Assembly (NCBI GenBank): GCA_012295275.1
Contig: CM022665.1
Location: 42,222,001 to 42,286,000, forward strand
Direction: 5' to 3'
DNA from: Chrysomallon squamiferum
Lineage: Eukaryota > Animalia > Mollusca
DNA: 64,000 nucleotides
A model generated the notes under the pieces. The model had not been told where the DNA came from, did not search any database, and saw only the letters and a list, made by a program, of their open reading frames with translations. Shown here piece by piece: positions 12,819 through 29,143 of this stretch (position 1 is the stretch's first letter; every line of letters starts with the position of its first letter). The position numbers and the translations under genes are program-made.

Positions 12819-15756
12819 CATTGCAATTTCATTATATTAAAACAAAAACATTTATTTTATTATCTGTTTTTTACCCTTGGCAAGTGCTTTTAATACTGTG
12901 TATGTTAAAGTGCCAAGGTAATATTGTGAGTAGTTTACTAACACAGAACTTTAAACATCTGGGTATAGAAGATACTAATGGCATAAAAAAAATAATCTTG
13001 TCAGATATTTCAAGGCTGTAATATTTGTCTTTATGTTTGACACATATATGGAGAGCAGAGTTAATACAGTATTAATTTATTTAGATTTGAATTCTTATTT
13101 GTTGTGTATTGGAAACAAATACAAAAAATAAACAAATTAGTTTTTATATTTTGTCATGAACAGTAACGTGGAATAGATTTTTTAATTATTTATCTGTATT
13201 ACTTAAAAGGGACTATAATTTTTTTATTTTTTTTTATTTTAAATAAATAAAAAAGATAAAAATTCTGGTTTAGTCATGTGCCATAAATTACAAATGAAAT
13301 GTAAAACTATCTGCCACAGTCTTGCTGGTTGTCGGAATAGCTCTCCTTTTGTTTAAATTTTTTTTTTTTTTTTTTTTAAATCATTTTATTCTACTTTCTC
13401 ATTCACTTGATATATCTTTTTAAAAAAAGAAGAAAATAATTCATTATATTTTTTTCTATTTAAATAGACGCAAAATATATTTCTAACACCTTGGATTTTT
13501 AATAAAATAGGTATGAATATAGTACTTTGAACATGCTGTGCGATGTCAAACAATTTTTTATACTCGTATATCATCAAAAATGTACATCTAGCACATTTAA
13601 GTAAAAAGTAAAAAAAAAAAAAAAATCATACTTGGTTTGTTGTTTTTATATTGTTTGTATAATATAAAGATATAAATGTAAAAAATTAAAATGTGAATAT
13701 ATGAATCAGTGAACAAATATTTGGTAACCACAACTCAATACCTTTTAGTATTTTTTAGGTCATGGATACGAGTTCTTTTTTTTTTTTTATTTCTTCTTTC
13801 TTTGAAAAGGATTTTATATATTTAATGTTATACTCCATAAAAAAAATTATAATAACAAAATAAGTTACTATAAAAAAAAAAAAAAAAAAAAAAAATATTT
13901 CGATTATTTTATACCTTCATTTTGTTACCAGAAACAGCTCTATTTATTACTTTAATAACCCCAGTGATTTCTTGGGTTTTATCTTATATTGAACATAAAA
14001 TTAACTGCATATGGCCGAAAAATGAGATGAATTACAGGGAGGCTTGGGGACTGATCCTGCAACTTAATGAGTCTCAAGTTAAATGCTTAACCTCGTTAGA
14101 ACTTGCTCTTTCTTCAGATTACCAAACATTTGCAGTGATAAAAGCAAGTGTGTATTAGAACATTAGGGAACATTCACCGATATAAAAACTTTAACGAGAA
14201 TATTTTATTGCTTCACACTAAATCTTTGTTAATAATAAATTATGACAAAAGTACCTAGGTTAGATTACAAGCCATTTTATTTTGCTTTTTAATGTTTAAT
14301 AATAACAAAAATGTAAAAAAAAAAAAAACCAGTGAACTTGTTTAATCATTGCCATGTAGTGATATATTTATACTGCTAAAAGTGACATCTTGAAACAAAT
14401 GAATATGGAATGCTCCTACAGTTTCTGCATAATTTAGTTATTTTATTTTTAAAAATGTTAGTAAAGAAATATAATCATGAGGACATTTATATAATCTCTT
14501 TGAATAATAATACCATCACCTGTTTGTTTACACTTTATATATACTTTTTTTTTTTTTTAAATTATTTATATTATTATTTTTTTGTTTGTTTGTTTTCCAT
14601 ATTTGTGTAGATTAATAACAAAACAAAAAAGTCATAAAAAAAAAAAAACAACAACACAAATGTGAAATTTTTTCCCTTATTGCATTTAATGTTTGTTATG
14701 CAGAAAAGTATCAACATGTAACATTTTTATACAAGTCTGGAACAAAATGACTTCACTTCATAATTGAGATTATGCACACAAAAAATTATTTTACACAAAC
14801 AGTAAAATTCATAAATTTAAAAAAAAAATTATTATTGTTATTATTTTGTTTAATGTTTTTCTTGGATGCATATTCAGAATGTAATATTCAGAAGCACTTG
14901 CTCTTAATTAAAATAAAAATCTCAGCAATTTTTACATCAATATTAAATAAATATTGATCCAGCTTAAAAATTATTTACAGAAATAAATCTAAAGGATAAA
15001 AAAAAAAAAAAAAAAAAAAAGAAGATTTATGTACATTAATTGATCACCAATTCAAAGTTTTATATTTTTTTGAAAAACATTTATGACATAATGAAAGTAT
15101 TTTTCATGTTTGGCAAACAAAAAAAAAAAAAAAAAAAATGTTTGGCAATCAGTAATGCATATATCTATATAACCATCTTTTTTCTCTCTTAAAGACCCTC
15201 TAAAAAATCTAAATCTTTAATAAAATTGAATACATAATGTAAAGAATTGCACTAATATTTTTTTTTTTTTTTTTTTTTCAGGTTTTTGTTTTTGTTTTGA
15301 TACATGTTATTCATGAAAAAATGAATCTGAATTGATACTTTTTAATTATTTTAATTAACTGTTAATGAATTATAACATTTTACGAAATTCAAGACTGTTA
15401 CATAATTACAAAAGGTCTGAATAACCTTGAAAATATGTTGTTTTGCAAAATTATAATAATATAAATAGAAGGAAAACATGAAAAATATTTAAAAAAATAA
15501 AATAAAAATAAAATTATGAAACCCAGTTATATAATGTTGGTCTTAGGTGAGACCAACAGTTTATGTAAGTGAATATTACAGGTACAGCACATCAGTGGAG
15601 TTTAAAAGATGAAGAATGCTTTCTACATTTAATCAAATTTTAGATAATTAATTACAATTGTATTTCACATTAAACTGTGATATGTCCCATATAAAATAAC
15701 TCTTCATATTTTTAAATTGTATTTTCTACCAGTTTTAATAATAAAACATGGAATGT

Positions 15757-15796
<40 letters not shown>

Positions 15797-18255
15797 AAAT
15801 ACAAATCCAGCATACATAGATATTAAAATTTTATTAAAACTCTTTGAAATCTCCACTCAAGTTTATACTTGATGTTAATCATGGAACTGAAACATTCCTG
15901 TAAAACATAAATCAAACAAAATATATCACAGTAGTTTGACACTCAACTAATACATAACTGAGAACAAAAAAACAAAAAACAAAATCACAAGAAAGAAAAA
16001 TATAAATGTTTTCTCCTCTTTAAATAAAAATAAAATAAATTGTGAATTTCATAATCAATAAATACAATGAATGAAGCTAAAAACCTGATCAATATTTTGT
16101 TCGTAAATGCTGAATTCATTCTTTCAAAAATTATTTTTTACATGCTGATTTTACTTCACATCTGAATATTACAAATTAAAATTTGATACATTTATTTTGA
16201 CACAGTCTGGAGATTCAGACTTTTCTGCATTTTGTGGTTTTGTATAAAAATTCTGAACATGATTTTGTATGTGGTTTTCTCACAGTTTCCATTTCAGTGT
16301 CATTTTGTCATGGTTTTAATTCATGTTCATGCACTAATCAATTAAATCACTGAAATATTTATTAATATTTATTAAATAGTTTTGAATGCAATGCAGTACT
16401 GGCTGTTTTAAATTAACAATAACAGTATTTTAAGCTTGAAAAAAGCAAAAAAAAAAAAAAACCCATAAAAACAGACAAAGCAAAAATAATATTAACTTTA
16501 AATGTCACATTAAATATGGCAGTATTTTTAACATAGCAGTGTGTGGTTGAAATCTGATCTTATTCAGGCCATGAACCAGACCCTCTGTCTGAAATACCAG
16601 TACCAAACTGGTGAAAAGTCTCAACATGGATTTTTTTAATTTTTATTTTTATTTTTTTTTTTTAAACAGTTGATGACTAAAATGTAAGTATGATTAAGGG
16701 GAGACAATTTCCTTTGCTCAGATCCTGACAGTTATGTCCAGCATTTATGTACAACATTATGGTTTCATTAAATAGGAGCAGTGTGGAAGACAAATAATAA
16801 AAATGGATTCCAAAATCTGAAATAATTTATATATATGTAATATTATATTTGTTTTAAAAATGATATTAATATAATAAATCTATGAAGGGCCACTGATTCA
16901 CTATTTAACTTAATCAGCAAGGAAATTGGTGACAATGTTAGTCTAATGTAGCAAACATATATTTTTATTTTTTATTTTTCACATTTTGTTGAAAGATGCC
17001 CTAAGAGGTATGATAACATAAGTATTTGATAGTCATAAGTATCTGATAGGCATAAAAATGACATATGTACTGGACATATATGTATAAATCATAAGTACTT
17101 GACATGTACGTATATGGTTGTAAGTACTTATCATATATATATATATATGACACTCACAAATACCTGACATAAGTATATGACATTGTTTTGTGAGTTAATA
17201 AGAAAGAAATGAAAATATATTGACCAACATGCGTATTAATATCTGTTTTCTTTACGGTCATATTTTTTTTTTATTATTAGAAAGGCTGGTCTTCTGAATT
17301 TGTTTTTTTACATTTGGAAGTGTAAAAAATATTATTTGACAATTTGTTAAAATATCACAAATCTGCCATCTTTACACAACAAAGTGAAATAGAAATAAAA
17401 TAGCAACAACCCCAAATGTTTTTAACATCACAGAACATCAATATCTTACAAGAGTCAGAGTTAAATAACTTTTGAAAAAAAGAAAACAAAATTTAATTTT
17501 TATCTAGTATTTTTAATTTTAAAAATACAGTTTGAAAATGTAACTCATCTGATATGAAATACCATGCATAATTATTTTTTAAATCGAGTAAATATTGGTA
17601 CAAAAAAAAAAATATTTGTAAGAAATATATTACACATTAAAATAAATTTAAAACACTTTATAAATATCTTAGAAAACACATCACTGCAGACATTGGTAAA
17701 TATCCAGAAAAATGAATTACTTATTACAATTCAAAGATAAAATGTATTATTTTACAGTTCAAAGATAACATAGTAATATTCTACACTTGTTAGTAATAAC
17801 AACAACCAAAATAAATTCAAAAGCTACACATCCTCTTAAAAAAAAAAAATCACAACCTTGCTTATACTCTCTTAAGTAAACTTATTTATGTAACCTTTGT
17901 TTTGTAATTATTGTTATTAAACATTACCGTTGATTTAATTCCAAACTTTTATTACATAATGCTTGATAGATGTGCATTAATAGGTCTTTCAGCAAGTGGA
18001 ACAGAAAATGTTAAGTAGAAACATGCATGTAGAAACAATTTCTTACATTTTACTTAAGTTTTCTACACCTAGTTTCATTTTTTTACTAATAACAAAAATA
18101 TGTGACAGTTATTTATTCTGGATCTAAAACATATTTTAAAATAAAATTTTATAACACTTTGATATCAAATTATGCATGTATCTATAGATATTTTAAATAT
18201 ATTTTCAAATATCTAATGAATATTAATATTTTTGCTTTTCTTTTGAAGGATATAT

Positions 18256-18300
<45 letters not shown>

Positions 18301-20923
18301 TATTGCTTATTAGTTATGTCATATGGAATGTGTAACCACTTTAAGTACTATTTCTTTTTGGTGTAATGAGTGGAATTCTGCAAGGATCTGAAGAAAATAG
18401 AATTAATATTTAAACTGAACACTGTACACCTCTACATTTCAAATAAGATGATCACAACAGAAGAGTCAAGGGCATGATTCATGCTTTTAAAATGAAAATA
18501 AAATTTATTTCACATCACCAAAAAAAAAAAAAAAAAATAATAATAATAATAATATATTAAAATAAAATAAAGAAATTTTTTAAAAATATAAAAATATACT
18601 AACATATATGTTTACATCTCATTAATGTGACAAAAACAAAATTATTTTCAGAAACTAATACAATTTTCAATATATAATTTTCAATACTCATTATCTGTCT
18701 GTACTGAATCTACTGTTTAGATATGTACACAAGAGATCATAGATTTACACAGTAAATAAAAAAACTTGTTATTCTAATCCTGAATTCAGTTCAGACTAGA
18801 TGTTGAAATATTGCAACCCCATTCAGGATGACTGAAAAGTGACTTCTGTTTAATGGAGCATTTCATCGTTGCTTTTATCAATTAACCATCAAAAAAAAAG
18901 AGAATTAACTGTCCTTACATTCCCTCTTTAATAACTGATACAGCTGTCATTATTCTGACAATCCCCTTTTACATACAGTGACCGTTTTAGGAACCACATT
19001 ACACAGAGTTGTAACAGAAGACAAGTGTATTGTGGTTTTGTCAATCTAGAATAATGTCTGGGAATTAGCTACTGAGTTGGAACAAAGATTCATGGTGTTT
19101 TTAAGTGAAATTCGAAGATAATATTTCAGTATTCATATATATATTTATTTTACCGTAAATATGTCATTTTGTTTCACTAGGAGTTTCATGATTCCCATCA
19201 TCCCAGAACTTGGCATCCTTCTGGATGATGAACTGGTGTAAACACAACAAACTGATGTTTCAGCCAAATATTTCACCCACAGCTTGACAAAGAGCATGCA
19301 CTTGACCTCAGTAGATAAGAAGATTAAAATTACATTTATATTAAAACTAGAATTCACTGTTGAACCTAACTTGTTCAGTAAATTTATAATTCTTTCATCA
19401 GTCTCACAAGATACTGTAACGTTAAAAGTTATTATGTATCAATTATATAATTTAAGTATTTTCTAATATGATACCAGAGATGAAACCTGCAAATCCAGAC
19501 ACAATGGTCATGAATAAGCAACAAATTTTTATTTACATAGACCCTCCCATAAACAGACAAAACAATATAACAAGTTCTGAATTGGGTTGAATGTGATGTT
19601 GCCTGACTGTAGTACTGCAGTACTGCAGAGGATGGTCCTTGCAATCCATCACATTTCAGTTAACAGATTCTGAATACACTTTTGGTATATCAGAAAATGA
19701 GTAATACTGAAGTAAACTTCTTCAGAAACATTCTTCAGTACCCTCAACAACATACTCTTGAGTTTATAAACTGGTTTATTGTATGTTCTTTCATTTTTGA
19801 TATCTGTTCCTTTTTATTCATTCAAGTCCCTCCCTAAGGAAAATTTAAAATATAAAAAATGTCATTCTTTTCAGTCACCCTGTGTGGTTTGTATACAAAC
19901 AAATAAAATTAAATAAAATAAAAACAAGTTTTTTCTATCAATTCTGATAAAATATTATGACTTCCAATAATGAATTCACAACACACTGTATTTATATAAG
20001 CAAATGAATTGGCACTGAAGATCAAATTCATCAATACTTATTGAGAATCAATATTATATAACACAGAACACTTCACAATATGCAGAGATAAATAAACCTA
20101 AACTTATAGCATGGTTATATTTTATGTACACAATTTTATATGCTTTTCAACGAGGAATATGGGAGATAACTCTTGTCAACAAAACATTATTATCAAAGCA
20201 ATAACTTTTATGTTTTATGTTTGTTGTGGTTTGATATTATTTTTCCCTCCTTTTAATTTAAACAAAATAAATAAGAACTTTTAAAATATATATATTAGGC
20301 ACAATTTATGTCAGAAGGCAAAAGAAAGGTGATAAATGTTTACATAAATAAAAGAAGAACAAATAAAATGTATATAATATATATAATTGTTTTAAAATTT
20401 CTTTTTTTATACATAATCAGCAAGAAATGAAGACTGTGAACAACATTTAGACTGAGGAATGCAAAAATTGAGAAACCATGAAATCTGAAAATGGTCCACA
20501 AACCAGGTAAGCAAGAAACAAACTATAAAAATAAAAATAAAAATTGGTCCACAAACCTTTTTAGGCAAAAACAAAATAAAACAGAAAAATTATAATTCAA
20601 AATATATAAGTTTTATCTATCAACCTTGATATATATATAATTTTATTTATCAATCTTGATATATATATATATAAAAAGACTGATAAATAAAATTTGGTTA
20701 TTTTTATAAACTAAAATGAGCAGACTTCAATACTGGATGGACATATAAGACAGGTAGATATGTGTAAGACAGATCAACAGAGAGACGGACACAATTCAGA
20801 TACTTAAAACAACACCACAAAAAAGAGCACATTTTGAATACTGAACCCACGAAGACAGGAAAACTGAATGCACAGCAAATCATTCATCTCTCTCTCTCAA
20901 CCTCAACCACTGCACAACATCTT

Positions 20924-23900
20924 CTACAACACTGATTCATTCAGGACAGCCACACCATCAGTAGGATTCAAGCCACCATTAGCTATTACACCATTCAGTA
21001 CCCTGTCGCTGTTTTTATCTTTCTTCTGATCGGAAGAAGTGTTTCCAAAAAGTTCATCTTCTGAGTTGAAGTCTTGTCCATCCATTACAGCACTGCTTTT
21101 GTTGAAGATGGTCGTTTCCTGCAAGTCATCGAGCAATCCTGAAAATAATAAATAAATAAATATCTAAATAAATAAATAGATAAATAAATAAATAGTATTA
21201 TATATAATTATGTTGAGCAAGGAACCCATGAGCTGGACAACACACAGAAGGCAAAAGATATCATACCCCAAACTGAAATGGCCAAAGACAGAAACAAATG
21301 GGGCTTTGGTGAAACAATGTGCAATCTAATGGAAAAGCTGTGGTCTGGTTGAAAAACTTTATCTGCAGCCTTTCTGATGATAAAAAAAATGTCCTTATTA
21401 CCCCATATAAAAAAATAAACAGTTCTGAAAGAATTCCAGTTATAAATAAAAACCAATTTCCTTATATGCACACCATACATATTGAGATATAAAAACACCA
21501 TCAATGTATTTATAACCATATGAAAATAGTTTTAAAAGAAATTACACAAGTCAAAACAAAGGCACGAGGCAACAAATCTTTAACAACTAGTTTGAAAATA
21601 AAATATATGGAAAATTAATTAGTTTCATTTATTTTTATGTTTGATTGTTATCAGTAATGCTTCCGAATTCCTCACAAAACACTTTATTTTTAATTCTTCA
21701 TTTAAATGTACCTTGTTTGTCAGCAATTTTAGATTTGTCCAGTGCATCAGCTAATAATCTCATCTCAGAAATAAGGATACATTCACTAACAAATACATGG
21801 AATTAGATTTGAAAAAAAAATACCATGTCCTACAGATATTATATTTATTACATGCATTTTTTAATCTCCTTTGATCTTCCAAACCATCTGATATCTCTTA
21901 CCCACGAAGAACGCTGTTCAAGCTAAAGGGGTCCCTGTCTGAGCATTCAAATAATAATAATAATAATAATATGCATCTAAATGATTATTTTCATAACAAG
22001 TCAGTGATGTAAATGTATTACCTGTGATTTCCAGATCATACATTGGCAAGGGAACTTCTCCTTTGATTAAATACAGCACTGATCGTGTTGGCCACAGAAG
22101 ATGAATCAAAACGGCATATGCCAAGACATCAGCTGCATATGATATGCCTGAAAAACAGTAAAAATTAATAAATGTTAATGGCAGCCTTTGTGACTGTTGA
22201 TGGGACTGCTACAGCTTTGTTATAGTTTATTACCAGCAAAGGCTAAGTGAAAGAAGAAATTAAGCAATTAAATGTTATTTACAAGGTTTTATTCTGAACT
22301 AAGCTACTGTATGTTTGAGTACTGCAGTGAAATCATGAACCAATACAGGATGGATGGAAAATGGCAGCTTCTGTTTTCGTTAATGAGATAATTATTGTTT
22401 GGTTACACATTAATAATAGCTAGGCTGGGTTAAAGTCAAATTAACCAGTTTCACATAAGAACATTGAAAACAACTGCACTGTTTTAATTTTGTTTTTATG
22501 TCATGACTTATACTTTAAAACTGTCTAGAGTAACATTCCCACTGTTGATTTCACATTAATTTTAACTCTGTTTTTTTTTTTATAAAATATTCATCCATCC
22601 AACATAACCATTTATTCCATCTATCCCTTCTTTCATTAAGCCCAGTCAGAAACAGGTGTGAGCCAGACTTACTGAGAATTGTCTTGAACCTCCAGAGAGC
22701 TGAGATCTGAGTGGATATGAGAACTAGAACTGGCAGGTGTACAAACCAGACCAGGAAGAAAGCACCAAAATGCTGAAAGAAATCCAGACGGTCCTGGTGA
22801 AGTCCCTGGTGAAATGTCTGCCTCAGCTCCACAATGAACCACACCATGACGACCAGACGGAAGGCCAGAGTGAGATAGCCAGGGTACGTCTGCCACTCGT
22901 CTGTGTTTGAGATAATGTCCACTTCCGTCTGCAAAATAAAACAGGATAATGCAATTTGAATCTTAATTCTTAACAATATGAAATATTAATGTAAGTTAAT
23001 TCACAAAAATGTAATTTGAATCTTAATTCTTAACAATATGAAATATTAATCTAAGTTAATTCACAAAAATGTAATTTGAATCTTAATTCTTAACAATATG
23101 AAATATTAATCTAAGTTAATTCACAAAAATGTAATTTGAATCTTAATACAGTTAATTCAAGATAAAGTAATTTGAATTATAATATAGTTAACTGAAGATA
23201 GTTTAATTTAAATGAATAAATCTTAATATAGTTAATTCAAGATAATGTACTTTGAATCTTAATAAAGTTAATTCAAGACAAATCTTAAAAGTATGAAATC
23301 TTTATATTGTTAAATCAAGATAAAAAAATTTGAATCATAATATAGTTAATTCAAGATATCACAGAATTTTAATTCAAGATGGATGCTTAATATGAATCCT
23401 AATAATGTTAATGAAGATTATATAATTTGAATCCTAACATAGTGAATTCAAAATTATATAATTTGAATGTTATCCTTAAATCTTGATAATAATAAATTTA
23501 TTGTTGAAAACCCATTTTACAACTTTCCATATCAGTATAATTTGTTTTTTAACTCCTTTTGATAATATAACTTGTTTCTTAACCTAGAATAATACAAAAA
23601 TCCTTTGCCTCCCTCTTAATTCTTCACAATAATGTAACCTATGTGCTAACAGCATTTGTTGCAAATAAAGGTTGTTTTTCAATGATAATATAAACTGCCT
23701 GTATGCAGTTTACAATAACACAGATCTAGCTTATCTTTAACTCTCCATCATAAAATAATTTCTATTTTGTATTATTTTATTAATTTTTTCTTTTAATTAT
23801 GTCACTTGTCACTTAATTCTTAATGGTTTTTACAAGTCTGTTAATTATTTATTTGTTATCAGAAGTAAGATGTTTTGATAAAATTTTGCCTCTTAAGCTA

Positions 23901-26900
23901 GAAACTATTAGCTCTCTATGAAAATTATGAACTATTTTTTTTTACATAAATGCCAAGATCATGTTGAATAAATGATTCCAAATAATAAATTTGTTATTAA
24001 TGTTAAAGACAAAGTGCATCTTATTGACTAATGTTGTTAATGTTAAATGGATGATGAATTCTCATTTATGAAAGCTATTAATGTCAAATGAATGATGTGT
24101 GAACTCTCATTTATGTTATATGTGCAATGTTTGAATTTTCATTAATGAATGTTATCAATGTTAAATGGATGGTGTTGAATTCTCATATTTTAAATGGATC
24201 ATGTTGAATTCTCATATTTTAAATGGATCATATTAAATTCTCATATTTTAAATGGATCATATTAAATTCTCATATTTTAAATGGATCATGTTTGAATTTT
24301 ATTAATGAATGCTACTGATGTTAAATGATGATATTTGAATTTTCATTAATGAATGCTATTAATGTTAAATGGATGTTTGAATTTTCATTAATAAATGCCA
24401 TTGATATTAAATGGATGGTGTTTGAATTCTCATATTTTAAATGGATGATGTTTGAATTCTCATTAAGAAATGCTATTAATGACATTTGAACATTCATTAA
24501 TGAATGTTATTTTGTTAAATAGATGATGGTGAGTTTTCAATAATCAATGCTATTAAAGTTAATAGCACTGCGGCTTGAATTCCGATCAATGAATATTTTC
24601 TAATGTTAAACGGGTGATGTTGAAATTCTTATCACTGAACGCTATCAATGTTAAAATAATGACCACTGGCCACTTACAAGATTCCAGACGAACAACACGA
24701 GGTTGAAAATGGTGTAAGTACTCCACAGAACAAACAGAACTCGCTTTCTCCTCAGTTCGTTCGTTGTAATCTGCCATCCTTTGGCAACAAGGAGCAAAAA
24801 CAGCATGAAAACACACTGAGATATTACATGAATGAAATCGCCGACCACACCCAGCCACTTGATCCCCCACCCATTGAAGGCGAAGACCGTGACGTGAATC
24901 AGGTTGCAGAGAATTCCCACAATTTCCAGCGCTATGCTGGCGGTCAGAATGTTTGTAATTTGGTGTCGCTGTTGCAGGAACGCGTACATCCACGCGGCAA
25001 AGAGGAAACTGCACAAGCACAGGACGATCATGTGAATTTCGAAGATGTCGTGGAGTTCGAAGGAAAACTGATGTTCGAAGGGATTCAGGTGCTTGGCTGA
25101 CGGGTCGCCGTTGACCATCCAAATGTCGTAGTCGATGTAGATGTGCTGATCCTTGTTGTGCGCCCACTGGCATTTTTCTTCACGGTAACACGATACAACG
25201 CTGATGTACCAAAACCTTGAAAAATTAAAAATTTATTTCAAATTAATTACCCCAGAGATATGTAATAGCATTTCTAAACTGTGAATAACATGAAACATCC
25301 TATAACATGGCACAAAATTTATTATTTAACATTTCTCAGTGACATTTACTTTACTTTGTATTCTGTTGGGTTTTTTTTATTCAGAATGACTTAATCAATA
25401 ACTCTGATGTATATTTTAATCAATATAAGCATACAAAGGTGATTTATTCAATTATTATTCTTAAAAATTAGAAAATAAATAAACACATTTTTTTTTTATT
25501 CATTATTTTTTTTTAAATTAAACATGTTTAAAAAAAAAATGGCTGCACACTCTAAAAATATTTTATTATTGTGTTTTGTAATATATTGCTTATTATAAAT
25601 ATTATAAAGTTTTAAAGACAATTTTGTTTTCTGTTTTTCTTCAGTTTATTGCAATATATATATATATATATATATATCTTACTAAGCAGAATTTAATTAG
25701 TACCTCCCCCTCCCCCAACTTTGTGTCTGTTATTGAAGACAATACTCAAACAAGCAGTCACAGATATTATGCAGATATTAGTGTTTAATATATACAAGTG
25801 AATTTATGTTTAAATAATAAATCCTGTTAATGTAATACATTTTATAAACACTATGCACAATCTTTTTATTTATTTATTTATATTATTATTATTATTATTT
25901 TTTCTTTTTTTCTCCTTATCTGAAATTATGTTTTTATTTGTTAAAGACTCTAACCAGAAACCTATCTCTATTTTTTTTTTTTTTTTTCTGTACATTATCT
26001 CTCCTGTCTATTGCATGAATTGCATCACAAGAAAAAGAAAGATAACTATTATGCATAATGCCATACAACCAAAGATTAACCAGTGCATTTATTGTTTCCA
26101 CTTTAATCTTAAGCTAAGCTGGGGGGCTCATTAAAAACAATTGTTATTCTTGTATATGTTTATTCAGGTATGGTTGATGAGTTCTTCATATTAAAGGGTT
26201 AAATAATTCTATTTTAGTATCAACAGAGATATAAAACAATTTCATAATGGCTATATCAGCATAATGTGGTTATAAAGCTTGTTTTCCAAAAACAGTTAAA
26301 CTGAAGATTTTATTATAAGTTTGACTGATAAGGAGGCCATGAAAGAATGATAATCTTTGTTAATAAAATTTATTCCCAAAATCAAATCATGTAAATGCAG
26401 AAAAAATAATCTGTGAAATCAATATGTGAAACAGATTTTGTAAAATATTTTTTTTGAATATTATTTAGGAATAGAAAAACATCAGAAATATCAAATTAAA
26501 TTTTTATTAAATATTAAAATGCCAATATTTTCATGAAGTATTTTTTACATCTGCACAATATTTTTCATGAAGTTTTAAAATGAAAATTAATTCTTAAAGT
26601 ATGGAAAAGCAAATTAATTCATAAAATATGGAAAAGCAAATGATTTCATTTTGTAATAACATCCAAATTATTTTATGAAGTTTTGAAATACTCATTTTTA
26701 GACAAAGCATCAAAATGCAGTTATCCGGATGCAGTATTAAAATGAAATTATTTTATAACATTCTGAAAAACACTGTTACTTTTGAAAAGTTCAAACATGA
26801 AATACTTTGAACTGTATGTGTTTTTTTATCACATATCTAGTTACTGCACTTTTGGAATTGTGTGAACTCCCAATGTTTGTTAAGTGCTGCCTTCTACTGA

Positions 26901-27307
26901 CCTATTTCTGTTTTATATCTTGTACTTTTAACAGAACACAACTGTGTCATACCCTTCAACTTCAGAACAACGACATATTCTAGCCAAAATTTCATCATTC
27001 AATTATAAGGTCAAAGACAAAATGAAGAATTCTTCCAGATGGTCCCGTTTTGAACCATGACTCCATTTCTTCAATCACTATTTATAATAAGACTTTAACT
27101 AAGGCAATAGTGAATGTTAAGGTAATTTCAAAACTGTAAAAATGAAGAAAACTAGAAAATGATGATGTTATTTATCCAGATTTTTATTATTTAAGAGCTA
27201 TATTAATGTTTATCAGTTGGCATAATTGAACAGATTTCATAATCTTGACCATAATCCCATTTTCTATTCACAGGTAATGTTGTATGACACTTTATTATTA
27301 TTATCAT

Positions 27308-27350
<43 letters not shown>

Positions 27351-27849
27351 TTATATTAGTATTTTTTAATAAGTTTATTTTATAAACGTGTGAGTAAAAA
27401 TAATCCTTAATATTCTGTCACCATAATGAATTAACTAATATTACATTGATGCTGAAGGCAAATTACAGTGATTTTATTAATTATGATTGTCCCAGGCCAA
27501 AGTTAATTTATGTGGAAGATAGCACGTTCATTCATTATTAGTTCATAACAGTATGCAGTGCAGTATTATGCTATCTAGACACTGTTAATGAATTAGTTTA
27601 ATGAATAAGAAATAAGAATCCAAGACTTTAGTTTTCTTCAGCATGTGTATATGTGTGGAATGTTTCAGTGACAGATGTATAGACAGACAGATGTACTGTG
27701 AGACAGACAGACTGACAGAGAGAGAGAGAGAGAGAGAGAAACAGACCAAATACAGTACATGGTGGGTGTGTGAGTGTGTGTGTGAATGTATATCAGTATG
27801 TGTGTGTACACTTCTGTGTGTTTGGATGCATGTGTGTGTTTGTGGTGTA

Positions 27850-27923
<74 letters not shown>

Positions 27924-29092
27924 GTGGACAGAAACAGACCGAGTACAGTACATGGTGTGTATGTATGTGTGTGTATTTGTGTGGGTCAATGTGTGTGTGT
28001 GTGTGTGTGTGTCTCTGTGAATGTGTCTTAGTATGTGTGTGTATATTTGTGTTTATTTTGATGCATGTGTGTGTGTGATCTATTCATCTGATTTGCATGT
28101 AATAAATCTGTTTCATGGGAATGGACAACATAACTACAACAAAACTTTGAATTAACCAGCAACGGAACCCTTGAATAATTAATGTCAGTTGTTCTGGTCT
28201 GATTAATAACAACAGAAACAGCAGACTATAAACATGACGCAGACTATTTCAGTTGCACGCACAAGTAACACACAACACACATAACAAACACTAAAAAATA
28301 AATGTTGGTTGAAAAAGGGAAACGACATAAGGAAAAGAGTCATTTAATTCACTTCATGTGGTTTATTGTACATTTTGTTATGTTGCTGTTTGGGGGATTC
28401 TCAAAATAACTATTACCTAGTGAAAATAATTACAACCATTTTCTAAAAGTAGAAGCTGTTATTCCGAGTCTGGGAACCCATCAAATAAAACTAGAAATTA
28501 CATATTATTATTTCTGGACCGACTGCAAATAACTCCAGACTTGTTAATGCATCTTTACAAGTTTGTTATTTTGTTGTTAAATTTTGTAATTTGCAACCTT
28601 AGGTCACTGCGTTTAAACAAACAAAATGAAATTATATTATTAGCAATAATTAGCTGTAAAACTAATTAAAACAAAACCATTTAAGCAAAACATTTAAACA
28701 GTCAAACATTCTCAGGAATCCATTATTAAAGGTTTCATTACAAGTATTATTTTATTCTTAATATTATTATTTCATTATTTATTTTTTATTTGTTATTAAT
28801 ATTATTAATTTTTTTTTTTTTTTTTTTTTTTGGTTTGTTTGTTTGTTTATTATTGAATTACATCATTAATGTTTTTTATTATTAAACTTTTTTTTTTACT
28901 TTTTTTTTTTTTTTTATTATCAGTTTTTTCTATCTTTTTAAATGTTAAGCAGAATTGGTGCTCAGTTATTTTTGCTGAAATGTTATTAAATTTGGTTTAT
29001 AGTCACTGTTTAGTTAACTTTGTACACTCATACAATGATTAATTTACCTTAAAACATTGTTCATTTATTATTTATTGATTTATTTATTTATT

Positions 29093-29143
<51 letters not shown>

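Noticed and set aside
24586-25173. 195-aa (-) and 90-aa (+) ORFs over GPR180-like exon 2
   Set aside because: Alternative-frame and antisense shadows of a GC-rich coding exon.
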